Source: a bacterium (GTDB taxonomy: Bacteria > Desulfobacterota > DSWW01). Taken from it: a stretch of DNA of 29,767 nt. A program made the position numbers and the translations under genes. Shown here one piece after another: positions 1 to 9,633 of the stretch. The first letter of the stretch is position 1; every line of letters begins with the position of its first letter. The stretch lies in assembly GCA_040756235.1 (NCBI GenBank), contig JBFLZG010000031.1, positions 1 through 29,767 of the forward strand, given 5' to 3'. A model generated the notes under the pieces. The model searched no databases, was not told the origin of the DNA, and saw nothing but the letters and a program-made list of their open reading frames with translations.

Positions 1-131
1 GTGCCTCCACGTTCAGGATCTTCCGATACTGAAACGAAGTTCCTCAGGAGAAACTCGTCCGCAGCACGTCCTCCGGGGACGATCTGCCTGCGGACTCACA
101 CGAACCGCGCGATGGGCGGCAGAGTGGTCGG

Positions 132-440
132 TCAGCCCTTCTTCGGCGGGACGATCGCCTCGGCGCTGGCCTTGAACAGCCGGATCTTGGCCACCGTCTT
201 GGCCGGAATCTTGATCTCCTGGCCCGTAGCCGGGTTCCGGCCCTTGCGCGCCTTGCGCTTCACCTTGGTGATCTTTGCAATGCCGGGCAAAGTGAAGGCC
301 CCGATCTTCTTCGCCTGATCGATGGCCAGTGCCGCGAACTCGTCGATGAGGTCTGACGCCTGTTTCTTGGTGAGCGCGAACTTGGTAGAGAAGTGGGTCG
401 CGATCTGGGCTTTCGTCATGGGCTTCTTCTGCTCTGCCAT
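132..440 (-). CDS. hup: HU-family histone-like DNA-binding protein
   Basis: 102 aa, basic; RKARKGRNPATGQEIKIPAK arm motif; GAGGAG RBS upstream. Confidence 0.93.
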   Translation of the reverse strand: MAEQKKPMTKAQIATHFSTKFALTKKQASDLIDEFAALAIDQAKKIGAFTLPGIAKITKVKRKARKGRNPATGQEIKIPAKTVAKIRLFKASAEAIVPPKKG

Positions 441-511
441 CTTGCAAGCTCCTCCTCAAAGTGGAATGACTCGGAACAAAAAAACACCCTGTTTTGAGCG
501 GATCGAAATGC

Positions 512-540
512 ATATTGTCGCCGAAACCGGATTTTTGCAA
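512..540 (-). promoter_or_regulatory. Candidate sigma-70 promoter of the HU gene (TTGCAA-17-CAATAT)
   Basis: Hexamers at 17-nt spacing in an AT-richer stretch; weak -10 match. Confidence 0.3.
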
Positions 541-589
541 GAGGTTTCTGCAAATAATTTTCATTTACCCCCTGCGGGACGCCGCGGGT

Positions 590-3211
590 TCAGCCGGCGG
601 CCGGCGTTTCCGCTCTCGAACAGGCGCGCCGCCCGGCGAGCCAGCGCTGCACCGCGCTGCGTTCGCGCTCGAGCCAGAGGTGATTGGAGCGGACGCGCTC
701 GATCGACTGTCGTACGGTTCTGTCCGCCGCCGGCGCCGGGTGAGTCTGGAAGAAGGAGCGAATCTCTTCGGCTTTGTCCACTGTGACGAAGTTCTGGGTC
801 GTCGCAGCCACGAGCCGGGCGAGCATGAAACCGCCGTTCCCGTAGCGCTCCAGAAGCTCCGACCAGCGGTCCATGAGAAAGTGCCAAGCGGCTTCCATCC
901 CCCCGGGATTGGAGGCCACGCTGGCGATGGGGAAGACCGCATCCTGGGGTTTCACCTCGGCCGAAAGAGCGAAGGCGAGCGTGCGTCGAATGAGCTCCGG
1001 GTCCTGCGTGCAGCCCAGGGCGCGCAGACAGCGTACCTTTTCTTCATTGAGGTCCGTCCTGCGGAAAAGAGTCAGGACCTTCTCATATTCTTGTGCTCCT
1101 CCTGTTTCCACCACCATCCTGTAAATCGGGAGCCGCAGATCCGGAGCCAGATCGAGGCCCTCGTTCCAGAATGCCAGGAAACGGTCGCAGGCTTGAGCGA
1201 TGGTCTGTCCGTCCCTGGACTGGCCGAGCTGTTCCAACAGCAGCCCTCGCAGAAGGGAATCCAGATGATTCTCGTCCGGCCGAGGCTGCCATCCGAGCCG
1301 GTCCGAGGCCGAGCGGTACAGCGAGCGCGCGAGCGCGAGGAAGTCGTCGTAGCAGGCTTCCTGGCACAGAAGCAGGCCGAGCTCGGACATGTTCGACGAC
1401 AGATCCGACCACACCGTGTAGTCCGTCTCGTCCCGGTAGGCGCCGACGAGGTCGAGAAAGGCCGTCGTGGGGCACAGCCCCGCTCTGGCCAGGGCCAGAG
1501 CGTCGCTCTGCAGCCCCAGCCGGTCGGCGGCAGACAGCGTCCGGCTCTGCACCACAGGCCGGAGCTGTTGCCAGAGCTCCTCCGGGTAATCGACTCGATA
1601 GAACCCTGCCTGGCGGTCGTTGATTTTGATCCAATCGCCCGGCCCCAGCTCCACGCCCAGATCGGAGTGCCGCCGGTTGAGAGGGCGAAAGGCGACCGAC
1701 CCGGAGCGGCCCGAGCGCAAGCTCACCGGAATCCACCAGAGCGCTTCGTCCGGCCCCTCCTGCCGAATTCCGGCCAGCAGGAAGCGAGCCTGGCGCAGCC
1801 GCAGGCAGGCCTCTCGTCCGCGCCCCCTTTGTTCCAAGGAAACGACCGGGTAGCCGGTCTGTTTGGTCCACGTGTCCATGATCGCCTTGACGGGGACACC
1901 GGAGGCCTCGCCCAGATCGCTCCACAGGTCCTCGGTGGTGGCGTTCCCATAGGCGTGGCGGGTGAGGTAAATCTGCAAGCCTTTGCGCAGGGCCTCGGTG
2001 CCCAGTTGAGCGGCCAGCATCCGGATCACGGCCGCTCCTTTGCTGTAGCTGATGGCGTCGAAGATCTCGCTGATCTCGCTCGGGTCGCGGACCTCGACCT
2101 CGATCGGATGGGACTCGGACAGGCCATCCAGTCTGAGGGCCCTGCCGTGCTCGCTGGCAACGAACTGGGTCCACACCTCCCATTCCGGGAAAAGACGGTC
2201 CACGGCCAGATACTGCAGGTAGGTGGCAAAACCCTCGTTCAGCCAGAGGTGGGTCCACCAGGCCATGGTGACCAGGTTTCCGAACCACTGGTGAGCCAGC
2301 TCGTGCGCCACGACCATGGCCACCCGCTGCCGGGTCTGAGCGGAAGAGTTGTCCGGATCCACCAGGATGGCCGTCTCCCGATAGGTCACGGCTCCCCAGT
2401 TTTCCATCGCCCCGGCAGCGAAATCCGGAACGGCGATCAGGTCCATCTTGGGCAGCGGATAGGCGACGCCGAAATAATCGTGAAAGAAGGAGAGGCTGCG
2501 CACGGCAACGTCGAGGGCGAAGCGGCCCTGCTCCTTCTTTCCCGGAGGCGTGTAGACGCTCACCCCGATGCCCTCTCGCGTCTCGCCTTCCACCCGATCG
2601 AAATCGCCCACGATGAAAGCCAGCAGGTACGTGGACATGATCGGGGTCTCGGCGAACCGTACCCGGGTGGTGCCGTCCCCTCTGTCCTTTGCCTCGCTAA
2701 CGGGCATATTGGATAGTGCGGTCCTGTCCGACGGAACGATGAGCGTCAACTCGAACCGTGCTTTGCGGGCCGGCTCGTCCCAGCAGGGAAAGGCCCGGCG
2801 GGCGTCGGTGGCCTCGAACTGGGTGACGGCCAGGGGCCGCTTGCGGCCGTCCAGGACCGTCTCGCTCCGGTAAAAGCCACGCATCTGGTCGTTCATCGCC
2901 CCCGAGAACCGGATGTGCAGCGACGCCGGACCCTCCTGAAGCTGGTCCGGCAGCTCGAACGTGGCCGTCTCCCGCTCCGGGTCCAGGACGATGCGGGAAG
3001 GCTTGTGCACGCGACCTGCCTGGGAGCATGCCGCCGATTCGATCTCGAGGTCGGCGGCATGCAGCACGATCCGGTTGGTGCGCCGCACGATCTCGAGCTG
3101 CACTTCCTCTTCCCCCTGGAACGAACGGGCAAGGAGGTCCGGGGCCAGGGTGATCCGGTAGCTGCGGGGATACATATCGTCCGGTAGAAAAGTCGGGGTC
3201 TCTCGGGTCAT
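590..3211 (-). CDS. M1-family zinc aminopeptidase with ERAP1-like C-terminal domain (puromycin-sensitive aminopeptidase-like)
   Basis: GAMEN and HELAH-x18-E motifs; TQFEATDARRAFPCWDEP; ATG at 3211 preceded by GGAAAGGAG. Confidence 0.95.
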   Translation of the reverse strand: MTRETPTFLPDDMYPRSYRITLAPDLLARSFQGEEEVQLEIVRRTNRIVLHAADLEIESAACSQAGRVHKPSRIVLDPERETATFELPDQLQEGPASLHIRFSGAMNDQMRGFYRSETVLDGRKRPLAVTQFEATDARRAFPCWDEPARKARFELTLIVPSDRTALSNMPVSEAKDRGDGTTRVRFAETPIMSTYLLAFIVGDFDRVEGETREGIGVSVYTPPGKKEQGRFALDVAVRSLSFFHDYFGVAYPLPKMDLIAVPDFAAGAMENWGAVTYRETAILVDPDNSSAQTRQRVAMVVAHELAHQWFGNLVTMAWWTHLWLNEGFATYLQYLAVDRLFPEWEVWTQFVASEHGRALRLDGLSESHPIEVEVRDPSEISEIFDAISYSKGAAVIRMLAAQLGTEALRKGLQIYLTRHAYGNATTEDLWSDLGEASGVPVKAIMDTWTKQTGYPVVSLEQRGRGREACLRLRQARFLLAGIRQEGPDEALWWIPVSLRSGRSGSVAFRPLNRRHSDLGVELGPGDWIKINDRQAGFYRVDYPEELWQQLRPVVQSRTLSAADRLGLQSDALALARAGLCPTTAFLDLVGAYRDETDYTVWSDLSSNMSELGLLLCQEACYDDFLALARSLYRSASDRLGWQPRPDENHLDSLLRGLLLEQLGQSRDGQTIAQACDRFLAFWNEGLDLAPDLRLPIYRMVVETGGAQEYEKVLTLFRRTDLNEEKVRCLRALGCTQDPELIRRTLAFALSAEVKPQDAVFPIASVASNPGGMEAAWHFLMDRWSELLERYGNGGFMLARLVAATTQNFVTVDKAEEIRSFFQTHPAPAADRTVRQSIERVRSNHLWLERERSAVQRWLAGRRACSRAETPAAG

Positions 3212-3360
3212 GCGGTCTCCTTTCCTGGACGGCACGGTGGCTCCAATCTAACGGATCAGGCGCCGGATAGGAACCCTCGGGGTGTACGGGACATCCTTTG
3301 TGTGTTAGATTGTCATTCGCCCGCAACCGGAAGCTGATTCAGCGACTCGAAAGTGAGCCT

Positions 3361-3786
3361 ATGGACATGCGTGCCATTCGGGTACTGCTTCTGCTCCTTC
3401 CCTGGACGGTGCTTGCGGGGTGCGGCGAAGACGGGGACGGTTCCGCACCTCGTATTTCCAGCCTCCGCTACACGTCGGACCGGTACCTGGTGGGATTCGG
3501 CGGGGGCAGGGCGTTGCTGACGGGTCAGGTCGAGGCGATGGATCCGGACGGGGATCTGGCCTTTCTGCGAGCCAGCGATCAGGTATGCGGCCAGGGGCCC
3601 TGGCGGCATCTCGACACCCCCGTGGAACAGGCGGCAGCGGGAGAGACGATTTCGGTGCCTCTGCTCACGGTGATTCGGACGGACTGCCCGGCAGGGGCCT
3701 ATCATGTGGAAGTGTCGCTCTTCGATGCTCGCAAGAACCAGTCCGAGATCCTGGACGCGCCGTTCACACTGTTCGAGGCAGAATGA
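3361..3786 (+). CDS. Putative lipoprotein of unknown function
   Basis: MDMRAIRVLLLLLPWTVLAG-C signal peptide with LAGC lipobox; DPDGDL motif; beta-rich body; start could be 3367. Confidence 0.7.
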   Translation: MDMRAIRVLLLLLPWTVLAGCGEDGDGSAPRISSLRYTSDRYLVGFGGGRALLTGQVEAMDPDGDLAFLRASDQVCGQGPWRHLDTPVEQAAAGETISVPLLTVIRTDCPAGAYHVEVSLFDARKNQSEILDAPFTLFEAE

Positions 3787-3930
3787 CAAGGCTGTAGACC
3801 CTCCCCTCGAGAGACGATCCTCTCGGCCGGAACCCCTGAATCCCCGAGCATGGCTGCTTCCTGAAGGCGTAGGCCTCGGCGCGGGCCCGCAGGTCTCCGA
3901 CAGAACCTTCTTCGAGAAAGGTGAAAAGCA

Positions 3931-6012
3931 ATGTCGATACGGACGATCCGGAACATCGGAATCGCCGCACACATCGATGCCGGCAAGACGACCGTGACGG
4001 AACGGTTCCTGTATTTTACCGGAGTCACGCACAAACTCGGGGAGGTCCACGACGGCCAGGCCACCATGGACTTCATGATCCAGGAGCAGGAGCGGGGGAT
4101 CACGATCGCTTCGGCGGCCATCTCCTGCGATTGGAAAGGACACACCATCAACATCATCGACACGCCGGGCCACGTGGATTTCACGGTGGAGGTGGAGCGC
4201 TCTCTTCGGGTGCTGGACGGCATGATTGCCGTCTTTTGCGCCATCGGCGGTGTGGAGCCCCAGTCGGAGACGGTCTGGAATCAGGCCAATCGGCACCATG
4301 TCCCGCGCATCGCCCTGGTCAACAAGATGGACCGGGAGGGGGCGGATTTCGACGGCTGCGTCGCACAACTGCGCGATCAACTCGATGCCAACCCCGTCCC
4401 GTTCCAGATCCCGATGGGTTCCGGCGGGCAGTTCCGGGGCATCATCGATCTGGTCCCCATGAAGGCCGTGCGATTCGAGAGCTTCCAGAGGATCGTGGAG
4501 GACATCCCGCAGGACCGGCTCGAGAGAGCTCGGAAAGCCAGGAATCGCCTGGTGGAAAAGGTGGCCGAATTCGACGAGGGGATCCTCGCGAAGTTCATCG
4601 GTGACGAAGACGTCGGCGAGGCGGAGCTGCGGGAGGCCGCCCGGGCCTGCGTCATCCGTTCCCTCGTGACGCCGGTTTTCTGCGGCTCGGCTTACCGGAA
4701 CATGGGCATGCAGCTCCTGCTGGACGCTGTCGTCGACTACCTGCCCTCGCCGGCCGAAGTCGGCAGCGTGGTGGGAGTGGACCTCAAAGGCGTGGAGAGC
4801 GAGTCTCGAGCTCCTTCCCCGGAGGAGCCTTTTGCGGGGCTGGCTTTCAAGATCATTCATGATCCCTACGTGGGGCAGCAGACTTTCGTGCGTGTTTACT
4901 CGGGCGAGATCCGGCCGGGCCAGCAGGCCCTCAACTCCACCCAGTCCCGCACCGAGCGAATCGGCCGGATCTACCGGATCCATGCCAAGAAGAGAGAGGA
5001 GATCCCGTACGCGGGGCCCGGCGACATCGTGGCCCTGATCGGGCTCAAACACGCGACCACCGGAGATACCTTGTGCGAACCGTCGCACCCCTTGCTGCTG
5101 GAGCGGATCCGGGTCCCCGAGCCCGTGATCCAGCGTTCGCTGGTGCCGGCGGACACGAAAGAGGAGGATGCGCTGGGGAAGGCCCTGAGAAAGCTCGCCA
5201 TGGAGGACCCCTCTTTCGTGTACTACGTGGATGAGGAGACCCACGAGACCATCATCGCCGGAATGGGCGAGCTCCATCTGGAGATCATCGAGGACCGGCT
5301 GACCCGGGATTTCAAGGTCCCGGTCGTATCCGGGCAGCCGCTGGTGAGCTACCGTGAGGCGATCACGGCCCCTTCGGAAACGAATACGAAGTTCAAGAAG
5401 CAGACCGGCGGCCGCGGACAGTTCGCCCACGTGGTGTTGCGCATAGAACCTCACGAAGAGCAGAACTTCGAGTTCGTGGACAGGATCCGGGGCGGCGCCA
5501 TCCCCAAGGAATTCATCCCCGCGATCCGGCGCGGTATCGAAGACTCCATGGCGGCCGGCGTGCTGGCCGGCTACCCGATCGTCCATGTGCGCGCCATCCT
5601 GCTGGACGGCTCGTTCCACGAGGTGGACTCCTCGGAGCGTTCCTTCTACACTTGCGGCAGCATGGCTTTCAAGGAGGCCTTCCACAAGGCCGGGCCGCAG
5701 CTCCTGGAGCCGATGATGAAGATCGAGATCGCCACCCCTGACGCCTACATCGGGGACATCACGGGTGACATGTTTCGCAGGCGCGGCCGCATCGAGAACA
5801 TGCGCCGCTTCCGCAAGGGCTCGCAGAAGCTTGCCGGCAAGGTCCCGCTGGCGGAAATGTTCGGGTACGCGACGGTCCTGAGGTCCCTCAGCTCCGGCAG
5901 GGCCAACTACTCGATGGAGTTCCTGGCCTTCGAGCCTCTTCCGGAAGGCCTGGCCAGGTCCGTGCTGGAGAAGGCGCTGGAGCGAAAGCAGAAGAGAGCC
6001 TCGGTCCAGTAA
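3931..6012 (+). CDS. fusA: Elongation factor G, stand-alone copy (probable paralog)
   Basis: [23 protein letters not shown] and NKMD motifs; KQTGGRGQF and GSFHEVDSS in domain IV; no rpsL/rpsG/tuf neighbours. Confidence 0.95.
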   Translation: MSIRTIRNIGIAAHIDAGKTTVTERFLYFTGVTHKLGEVHDGQATMDFMIQEQERGITIASAAISCDWKGHTINIIDTPGHVDFTVEVERSLRVLDGMIAVFCAIGGVEPQSETVWNQANRHHVPRIALVNKMDREGADFDGCVAQLRDQLDANPVPFQIPMGSGGQFRGIIDLVPMKAVRFESFQRIVEDIPQDRLERARKARNRLVEKVAEFDEGILAKFIGDEDVGEAELREAARACVIRSLVTPVFCGSAYRNMGMQLLLDAVVDYLPSPAEVGSVVGVDLKGVESESRAPSPEEPFAGLAFKIIHDPYVGQQTFVRVYSGEIRPGQQALNSTQSRTERIGRIYRIHAKKREEIPYAGPGDIVALIGLKHATTGDTLCEPSHPLLLERIRVPEPVIQRSLVPADTKEEDALGKALRKLAMEDPSFVYYVDEETHETIIAGMGELHLEIIEDRLTRDFKVPVVSGQPLVSYREAITAPSETNTKFKKQTGGRGQFAHVVLRIEPHEEQNFEFVDRIRGGAIPKEFIPAIRRGIEDSMAAGVLAGYPIVHVRAILLDGSFHEVDSSERSFYTCGSMAFKEAFHKAGPQLLEPMMKIEIATPDAYIGDITGDMFRRRGRIENMRRFRKGSQKLAGKVPLAEMFGYATVLRSLSSGRANYSMEFLAFEPLPEGLARSVLEKALERKQKRASVQ

Positions 6013-6403
6013 GAGGCTCGCCAGTCTTCGGTTGCCGGGCCGGAGGGCGAGACATCGGGAAACAGAGCTGCGTTCCGCCGGCCTATCGGGACTCGGGACG
6101 GCCTGCGCGATTCGCCCTCGTCTCCTCGGCGGAACACCCGCCGCGCCCTTCTTCGCTTCGTGTGGACGAATTGCCCGGTGGCCGCCTGCCTCGCCGGCCA
6201 GAGAAGAACCGGCCCTCTAGCCGTATCGTTGCTTATTACCCTCGGCCTTCCAAAATGCTGGACAAAGGGCAGGGAATTTCTTAGGCTGAATGCCCGAACG
6301 GGTGTGGGCGTGTGTTCCGAGCCTGCTTTTCGAGGATGCCCGGGCGCACCGAAGCCGCAAGTCCGGGCCATCCCATGTTGCTCAGAGTGCCGCAGGGGGG
6401 GCC

Positions 6404-7843
6404 TTGCAGAAAGCAAGAAGAAGAGCGGAATGCACAGCCTGTCTGCTCCTGCTGGTTGCGGGACTGCTGCTGCAACCGCGTGTACTGCTCGCCGACATCC
6501 AGATCCAGGTCGAGAGAGTCTGGGCGACCGACGGCCAGGGCGCGGAGAAGCGGGAGTTTCTGCCCGGCGAGGCCATCCAGTACCGCGCGCAGCTTCGAAT
6601 GCTGACGGTTGCCGCAGTGCCCCTTTCGGTGCGTCTTCGCGTGCTGGGCGACGGCTGGTATGAGACGCACGAGAAGAAGGCCCTTTTCGGGCCCGGCTTT
6701 CATGAGGTCCGCTGGGGGGGCGTTCCGTCCCTTCATACATCGCCGGAAGCCTGCGAGGGCAAGGTGGCGCTGCACCTGGACGTCGAGGGGCAGGAAACCT
6801 CTTTCACCGAGAACATCGACCTTTCGGGCAGCCGGCATGCCTTCTTCTCCGTGAGCTGCGAGGCCGGGGGCTTCCTCAAGCGGCTGGTCGGACATGTCCG
6901 AGTGGGACAATCTCCTTTCGACATGGCTCTCACGGCGGACGGCCGATATCTCTACGTCACGAACCGGGAGAGCGGAAGCATCTCGGTCCTGGAGACCGAG
7001 GAGCCGTTCGAGGTGGTTGCGCAGATCGAAAGCCCCGGGGTCATCGTGGAACCGACCGGGGCCGCGCTGGCGGCGAACGGGACCGAGATGCTGGTAGCCG
7101 ACCACGCGACACAGAAGATCCACATCCTGGATACGGCGGCCCACCGGCTCGAGCGGAGTGTGGACATCCTGGGCGATTTCGGCCGGGTCGGGATGGGGGA
7201 TCTGGTTCTCGACCCCGTCCGGAACGAGCTCTATGCCTGCGACCTTGCAGACAGCCGGGTCCTTGCCATCGACGGCCAGAGCTTTGCCGCCCGCTCGATC
7301 CTCTTGACCGGCACGACGCCGTCAGGCTGGGTGGCCGGGCTGACGCCGGTCAAGCTGCTCCTGGATCCGCAGCGGTTTCTCTACGTGCTCGCAACGGCAC
7401 TGGGCGAGCTGATCCAGGTCGATCCGATCCAGGGAGCCGTAGTGGACAGCTACAACAAGGTGAACGTCCCTGCTTCTTCGATGACCTTCAACCCGGATCA
7501 TACCCGGCTCTACGTTCTCCGAACGGGGGTGCCCGGCGTGGAGGGCATCTACCAGGAGATCCCTTCGATCCTCTACATGCTGGAAACACAGGAGCTCTCT
7601 CCCGAGGCGAGCTTCCATCTGAGCGCAGCGCTGTGGGATCTTGTTGTCAGGCAGGACGGCCGGTTCGCCTACGTCGTCAATTCGTCCCGGGGTGAGCTCG
7701 CAGTGGTCGATCTGCAGGGCGGATACGAATTGCGGGCATGCGCCGTGCCCGTCGGCTACGGCGGCCATATCCTTCTGGCTGACCCGCGCAGAGCCCGCGT
7801 TTACATCGGAGCCGATCCGGGCGCCTTGGAGATCGTGGAATAG
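6404..7843 (+). CDS. Secreted YVTN/YncE-type beta-propeller protein with an N-terminal Ig-like region
   Basis: Basic plus hydrophobic signal peptide; blades such as VGQSPFDMALTADGRYLYVTNRESGSISVL and DGRFAYVVNSSRGELAVVDL; start uncertain (TTG 6404 chosen, ORF open from 6290). Confidence 0.8.
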   Translation: MQKARRRAECTACLLLLVAGLLLQPRVLLADIQIQVERVWATDGQGAEKREFLPGEAIQYRAQLRMLTVAAVPLSVRLRVLGDGWYETHEKKALFGPGFHEVRWGGVPSLHTSPEACEGKVALHLDVEGQETSFTENIDLSGSRHAFFSVSCEAGGFLKRLVGHVRVGQSPFDMALTADGRYLYVTNRESGSISVLETEEPFEVVAQIESPGVIVEPTGAALAANGTEMLVADHATQKIHILDTAAHRLERSVDILGDFGRVGMGDLVLDPVRNELYACDLADSRVLAIDGQSFAARSILLTGTTPSGWVAGLTPVKLLLDPQRFLYVLATALGELIQVDPIQGAVVDSYNKVNVPASSMTFNPDHTRLYVLRTGVPGVEGIYQEIPSILYMLETQELSPEASFHLSAALWDLVVRQDGRFAYVVNSSRGELAVVDLQGGYELRACAVPVGYGGHILLADPRRARVYIGADPGALEIVE

Positions 7844-7866
7844 ATTGCGGCCGTGCAAAAGGCGCC

Positions 7867-8352
7867 TCAGGGCTTGGGCGCGGCTTCGAGAATTTTCCGG
7901 ATGATTTCGCTCGTGGAGGCTCCCTTCACGTAGGCAAGGGTGACCACTCTTCCCCCCTTTTCCTCCACGAATTCCCTGCCGACGATCCGGTCCACCGGCC
8001 AGTCTCCGCCCTTGACGAGCACGTTCGGCTGAAGCAGCTGGATCGCCGCCAGCGGCGTTTCCTCATCGAACACGACCACGTAGTCCACGCATTCCAGAGC
8101 GGCCAGAATCTCGGCCCGGTCCTGCTCGGGCTGAAGGGGCCGGGAGGGCCCCTTCAGGGCTCTTACCGATCGGTCGCTGTTCACGGCCACGACCAGCAGG
8201 TCGCCGAGCGCCTTTGCCTGCTCGAGGTAGCGGACGTGGCCCACGTGCAGGAGGTCGAAACAGCCGTTGGTAAAGACGATCCGTTTGCCCTCGCGGCGTC
8301 GGACGGAGAGCTCCCGTGCGAGCTGAATGGCGGTGCGCACTTTGTTGCGCAA
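7867..8352 (-). CDS. rfaE2: D-glycero-beta-D-manno-heptose 1-phosphate adenylyltransferase (RfaE domain II)
   Basis: [32 protein letters not shown] and LVKGGDW motifs. Confidence 0.93.
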   Translation of the reverse strand: MRNKVRTAIQLARELSVRRREGKRIVFTNGCFDLLHVGHVRYLEQAKALGDLLVVAVNSDRSVRALKGPSRPLQPEQDRAEILAALECVDYVVVFDEETPLAAIQLLQPNVLVKGGDWPVDRIVGREFVEEKGGRVVTLAYVKGASTSEIIRKILEAAPKP

Positions 8353-8372
8353 ACGGGTACCCGTTATGGAGA

Positions 8373-8394
8373 GAGGCTGTTTGTCGACACCCTC
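8373..8394 (-). repeat. 22-bp collapsed mini-element (joined terminal repeats)
   Basis: Reverse complement GAGGGTGTCGACAAACAGCCTC is 20/22 identical to 26430-26451. Confidence 0.6.
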
Positions 8395-8409
8395 TAGAAG
8401 GAAGTAAGG

Positions 8410-9192
8410 TCAGGGGATCTGGACAAACTCGATCCTACGGTTGAGCATCCGGCCAAGGGCGGAGTCGTTGGGAGCGATCGGCTCCCCGGCCCCCTTGTCC
8501 GCCGTTTCGAGCCTGGCGGCGTCCACCCCCTCGGCGACCAGGGCGGCTCTGACGTTCTCGGCCCGGCGGGCACAAAGGGAGCTGGACTGCTCGGCAGTGA
8601 GGCTGCTGTCGGCGTGGGCCTCGATGCGAATCCTGATCTGGGGGTTCTCCCGCATGAGGGCGGCCACGTCCCTGAGAACGGGCTCGACCGCGCCCGGGAT
8701 GAGCTCCTGGGTTTCTTGGTCGAACCGCAGGGGCTCGAGGATCTCGATCTTGCCCGGGGCCAGCACGGCTCTCGCGGGGACGCGGTCCGGGCAACCGTCT
8801 GCTTCCTGGTAGCCGTTGTAGGTCTCCGGCTCATCCCGGCACCGGTCCCGGAGATCCGGGATGCCGTCCCGGTCGAGATCCTCGCCGCAAACCAGGATCT
8901 TGTCCCAGAGGCTCTCGCTCGTCTCGCGGCAGAGCTTGGCGGCGTCCTCGGCTTCCCAGTAGTCGCCCTCCTCGTACTCCTCCTTCGCCCGCGCCAGATA
9001 GGCCTGGGCTGCGGCAAGCATGTCAGGGACGCAAATGGATCCTTCGGCGGTCTGCGCCTTGAGGAGGTAGACTTCCAGGCTCCGGATATCCGCGGCCAGA
9101 CGAGCCCGATCCACGTAGCCGGGCACGAGGCCGGTCAGGAGCAGGAACATGAGAAAGCAAAGGAAGACAAGAAGGCCGGCGGGCCTCGTCAA
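8410..9192 (-). CDS. OmpA-family protein with N-terminal DUF4398-like helices and TSP3-like acidic repeats
   Basis: N-terminal hydrophobic segment; DLDRDGIPDLRDRC...DGCPD; OmpA C-terminal motifs RRAENV and NRRIEF. Confidence 0.85.
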   Translation of the reverse strand: MTRPAGLLVFLCFLMFLLLTGLVPGYVDRARLAADIRSLEVYLLKAQTAEGSICVPDMLAAAQAYLARAKEEYEEGDYWEAEDAAKLCRETSESLWDKILVCGEDLDRDGIPDLRDRCRDEPETYNGYQEADGCPDRVPARAVLAPGKIEILEPLRFDQETQELIPGAVEPVLRDVAALMRENPQIRIRIEAHADSSLTAEQSSSLCARRAENVRAALVAEGVDAARLETADKGAGEPIAPNDSALGRMLNRRIEFVQIP

Positions 9193-9605
9193 GGCGCACC
9201 TCCGGTCGCGGAGCCAGCTCCCTGGCGCTCCATCTGGTACAGCCTCTCCGCTCTGAAAACCTGGCGTGCGGCCTCGTCGGCAAACCGTCGGGCCGCCTGG
9301 AAGTCCGCATCTTCGTATTGCTTTTCAGCGGCGGCCAGGAGCTCCCTGGCGATCGTCAGGTGATAGAGTGCCGCCCCCTCCATCTGCTGCCCGCTGTCCG
9401 CATCGATTTCCTGCCGCGCCTCGGAAAGCCGCTGATGGGCCTTGCGCACCTGGCACTGGCAGAGAAAAAGAAACAAGAGCGCGACCAGGGGGAGCAGCAG
9501 GATCCTGCCTCGAAATCGCCCGAGATGCTTGCGCTGCAATGGCAAGGACGACCAACCTTTCTTGTCGATTGCGGCCAGGCCACTCATGTCCGTTTTTATC
9601 AGCAA
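9189..9605 (-). CDS. Small helical DUF4398-like exported protein
   Basis: Hydrophobic segment then YHLTIARELLAAAEKQYEDADFQAARRFADEA; overlaps the OmpA-gene start by 4 nt; start uncertain. Confidence 0.65.
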   Translation of the reverse strand: MLIKTDMSGLAAIDKKGWSSLPLQRKHLGRFRGRILLLPLVALLFLFLCQCQVRKAHQRLSEARQEIDADSGQQMEGAALYHLTIARELLAAAEKQYEDADFQAARRFADEAARQVFRAERLYQMERQGAGSATGGAP

Positions 9606-9633
9606 CGCATGCTAGTGGAGGGGTCATTCCGTG

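Noticed and set aside
1..131. ORFs 1-318 (+) and 13-564 (-)
   Set aside because: They overlap the HU gene in other frames and have no recognisable product
494..2716. Long antisense ORFs (740 aa here; also 3313-5685, 15480-16961, 17478-19850, 22041-23459, 23970-25169, 26666-28381, 28472-29737)
   Set aside because: They shadow well-supported genes on the opposite strand, as expected from high-GC codon bias, and show no recognisable motifs
3795..3900. Faint octamer-like and short palindromic repeats upstream of fusA
   Set aside because: Too few units and no second copy in the window
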